Source of the DNA: Vicugna vicugna
Lineage: Eukaryota
Length of the DNA stretch: 64,000 bases
Direction: 5' to 3'
NCBI GenBank assembly: GCA_013265495.1
Contig: MU057744.1
Location: 558,001 to 622,000, forward strand
The notes beneath the pieces are model-generated. The model was not told the DNA's origin and ran no database searches. It was given only the letters and a program-made list of their open reading frames with translations. The translations under genes were made by a program, and so were the position numbers. Shown in pieces: positions 62,300-64,000 of the stretch. How positions within the stretch are numbered: position 1 is the stretch's first letter; each line of letters opens with the position of its first letter.

Positions 62300-64000
62300 C
62301 TTGATTTAAGTAGGGTAGGTAGGGTTTTTAAATAAATCTGAAGCACTTCCTGGGGCAGACACTGATGATGATGGCTGCACACATGAGTCTGTGCTGAAGT
62401 AATGCCGAGCTGTTGACAGTGATGTGCTAGTCTGACTCCCCTTTGGAGCACAGGATTAAAGATGTAGTTATACAGTTTCCACTGAACAACTACATTGCCT
62501 TTCTGGATTAAACTGCAGATGTGATTTGCAATCTGTACACTCTGTAACCTGTCTTCCTCAAAAACAAAGTTCTGATAGGCCGCTAAGGCATCCCATTTCC
62601 ACAGCAAGTCTTCAGCGCCGCTGCTGGGCAGGATCCCTTGACACCTGTAAGAAGGACTGGATAAACCTGACGAAGGTTCGGCAGCACTGGAGTCTCCCTG
62701 CAGGGTCTCTTCTAACTTGGCGAGCTGATCAGCGTCCACGGTACAAATATTGCAAGCTGCCTTCTTGATTTTTTGTGGTATCTCGGCTCCTCCTAACTGA
62801 TCCAAAATTAGTTTGTTAAGAATATTCAGTATATGCTGCTGAAAGTTTTTCAGCGCTGGCAACTTAAAAGCGTGGAGCAAAGGAATGATCACGGACTTGG
62901 GGTCCATGCAACAGCAGATGCCGATGCTCTGAACCCCTGACAGGATGTGGACGCACGTGCTGCTCAGGGAGGCCTGCTGCAGGACGCGCAGGCACCGGTG
63001 CGCGCACACGGCGATGCAGCAGCACCGCTCCGGGTAATAAACGTCGCCATCTGCCGTCTCTTCGAATGGGTTTTTGGAAACCTGGTTTTTAAAAGCCGAC
63101 ACCAGAAGACCTGAGAGATCTCTGTGGTGATGCATAAAGTGGGAATATTCACAACGCCTGTGCCTTCTCCTTGTACACATCGACTGGTGAAGCTGCTCTG
63201 ATTTCACTTTTTTGACAGTGCTCATAATTTTCATCACGCTATTTATTAGGGCTTTCAGATGTTCTGAGGCCTCGGGAGGGACTCCCTCTCTTAAAACCAG
63301 CCATTCCATCTGAAGAACTGCTGTTTCAAATAAATTAAATCCGTGATGCTGAATGAACTCTTGAACCAGATCCATGGCCTGACTGAAGAAGAAAGGGTTT
63401 GAGGCTGCACTTTGAAGACTACAGATCAGAATCTGGAGAACTCCTTCCAGAAGCTCGGGCAGAAGAAGGGCTCTGTGGCGGTACCTGGGAAACACAAAGT
63501 CCTCCTGAACCTCCCGTAGTGTTTTCTTTTGTCTCGGTGCAAAAGGGTCAGGCTGCTTTTCTAGGCAGGTTCTAATTTTTAAAGCTGCTCTAAGCAATTC
63601 GGTTAAATTTTTTCTGAGACTTTCTGGCATTGTCTCTGCGGTACTAATATCTACCGACATGAGATGCAACACCGTGCGAAAAAGCATCCGTTGAATCAAA
63701 GCCACGGGTTCTTCGGTCCAACCCGCAGAAACCATCTGACTCTCCAAACTGTCGCTGAGATCACGGCAGTCCCCAAAACCTGCTAGGAACTCGGTCAGTG
63801 TCGGCACTACACTGGCTGCTAGGGCAGAACTATGATTCAAGGTAATGTCAAACTTACAAACTTTCTCTAATAAGGATAACAAAACATGACACAGGTCAAA
63901 TGGAGAATTGCTCATGTGCCTGATAATAGACAAGGCAGCCGACTCACTTAAAATGTCAGTGTTTGACTCCTGTCTTGGAATGGTCTCCCTGGAATTGTCC
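62300..64000 (-). CDS. LYST: LYST exon 5 (5' end outside window)
   Basis: Open frame [26 protein letters not shown]...[11 protein letters not shown](R); donor AG|GTTTGT, phase 2; covered by ORF 62278..63933. Confidence 0.96.

Larger units (their letters stand above)
1..64000 (-). other. LYST: LYST gene body (partial: inside exon 5 to intron 31)
   Basis: 27 exons with AG/GT(GC) boundaries and compatible phases. Peptides such as [62 protein letters not shown] and RSRSLPAFP match LYST as recalled. Confidence 0.98.

Noticed and set aside
2298..64000. LYST pseudogenisation or a Chediak-Higashi-type allele
   Set aside because: All 27 exons join in frame with no stop. Residues I recall as disease sites (Arg at the exon 13/14 junction, Val in AEVLG, His in AVHPP) are wild type.
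1..64000. CRISPR array, operon, or prokaryotic/viral insert
   Set aside because: No regularly spaced repeats, no intronless multi-gene block and no gag/pol/env-like ORF. The window is explained by LYST exons and mammalian repeats.

Overview
Mammalian genomic DNA lying entirely inside the LYST gene (lysosomal trafficking regulator, Chediak-Higashi/beige), encoded on the minus strand. I traced 27 consecutive coding exons (exon 5 partial through exon 31; numbering follows human LYST from memory), about 7.6 kb of CDS in total. All splice phases join into one open frame with no stop or frameshift. The ATG and the PH-BEACH-WD40 exons lie outside the window. Introns hold L1, L2, MIR and MER5A relics plus seven tRNA-Ala-like SINEs resembling camelid Vic-1, so the host is probably a camel or alpaca (inference). 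I found no prokaryotic-type system. Main observations: (1) exon 23 has become a sharply bounded CpG-island-like block with GC-directed amino-acid changes and an apparent 14-codon deletion; (2) intron 19 uses a GC donor, and an L1 insertion duplicated that donor in its target-site duplication; (3) a candidate in-frame cassette exon sits in intron 28; (4) there are inverted repeat pairs, nested L1s and a possible L1 3' transduction.
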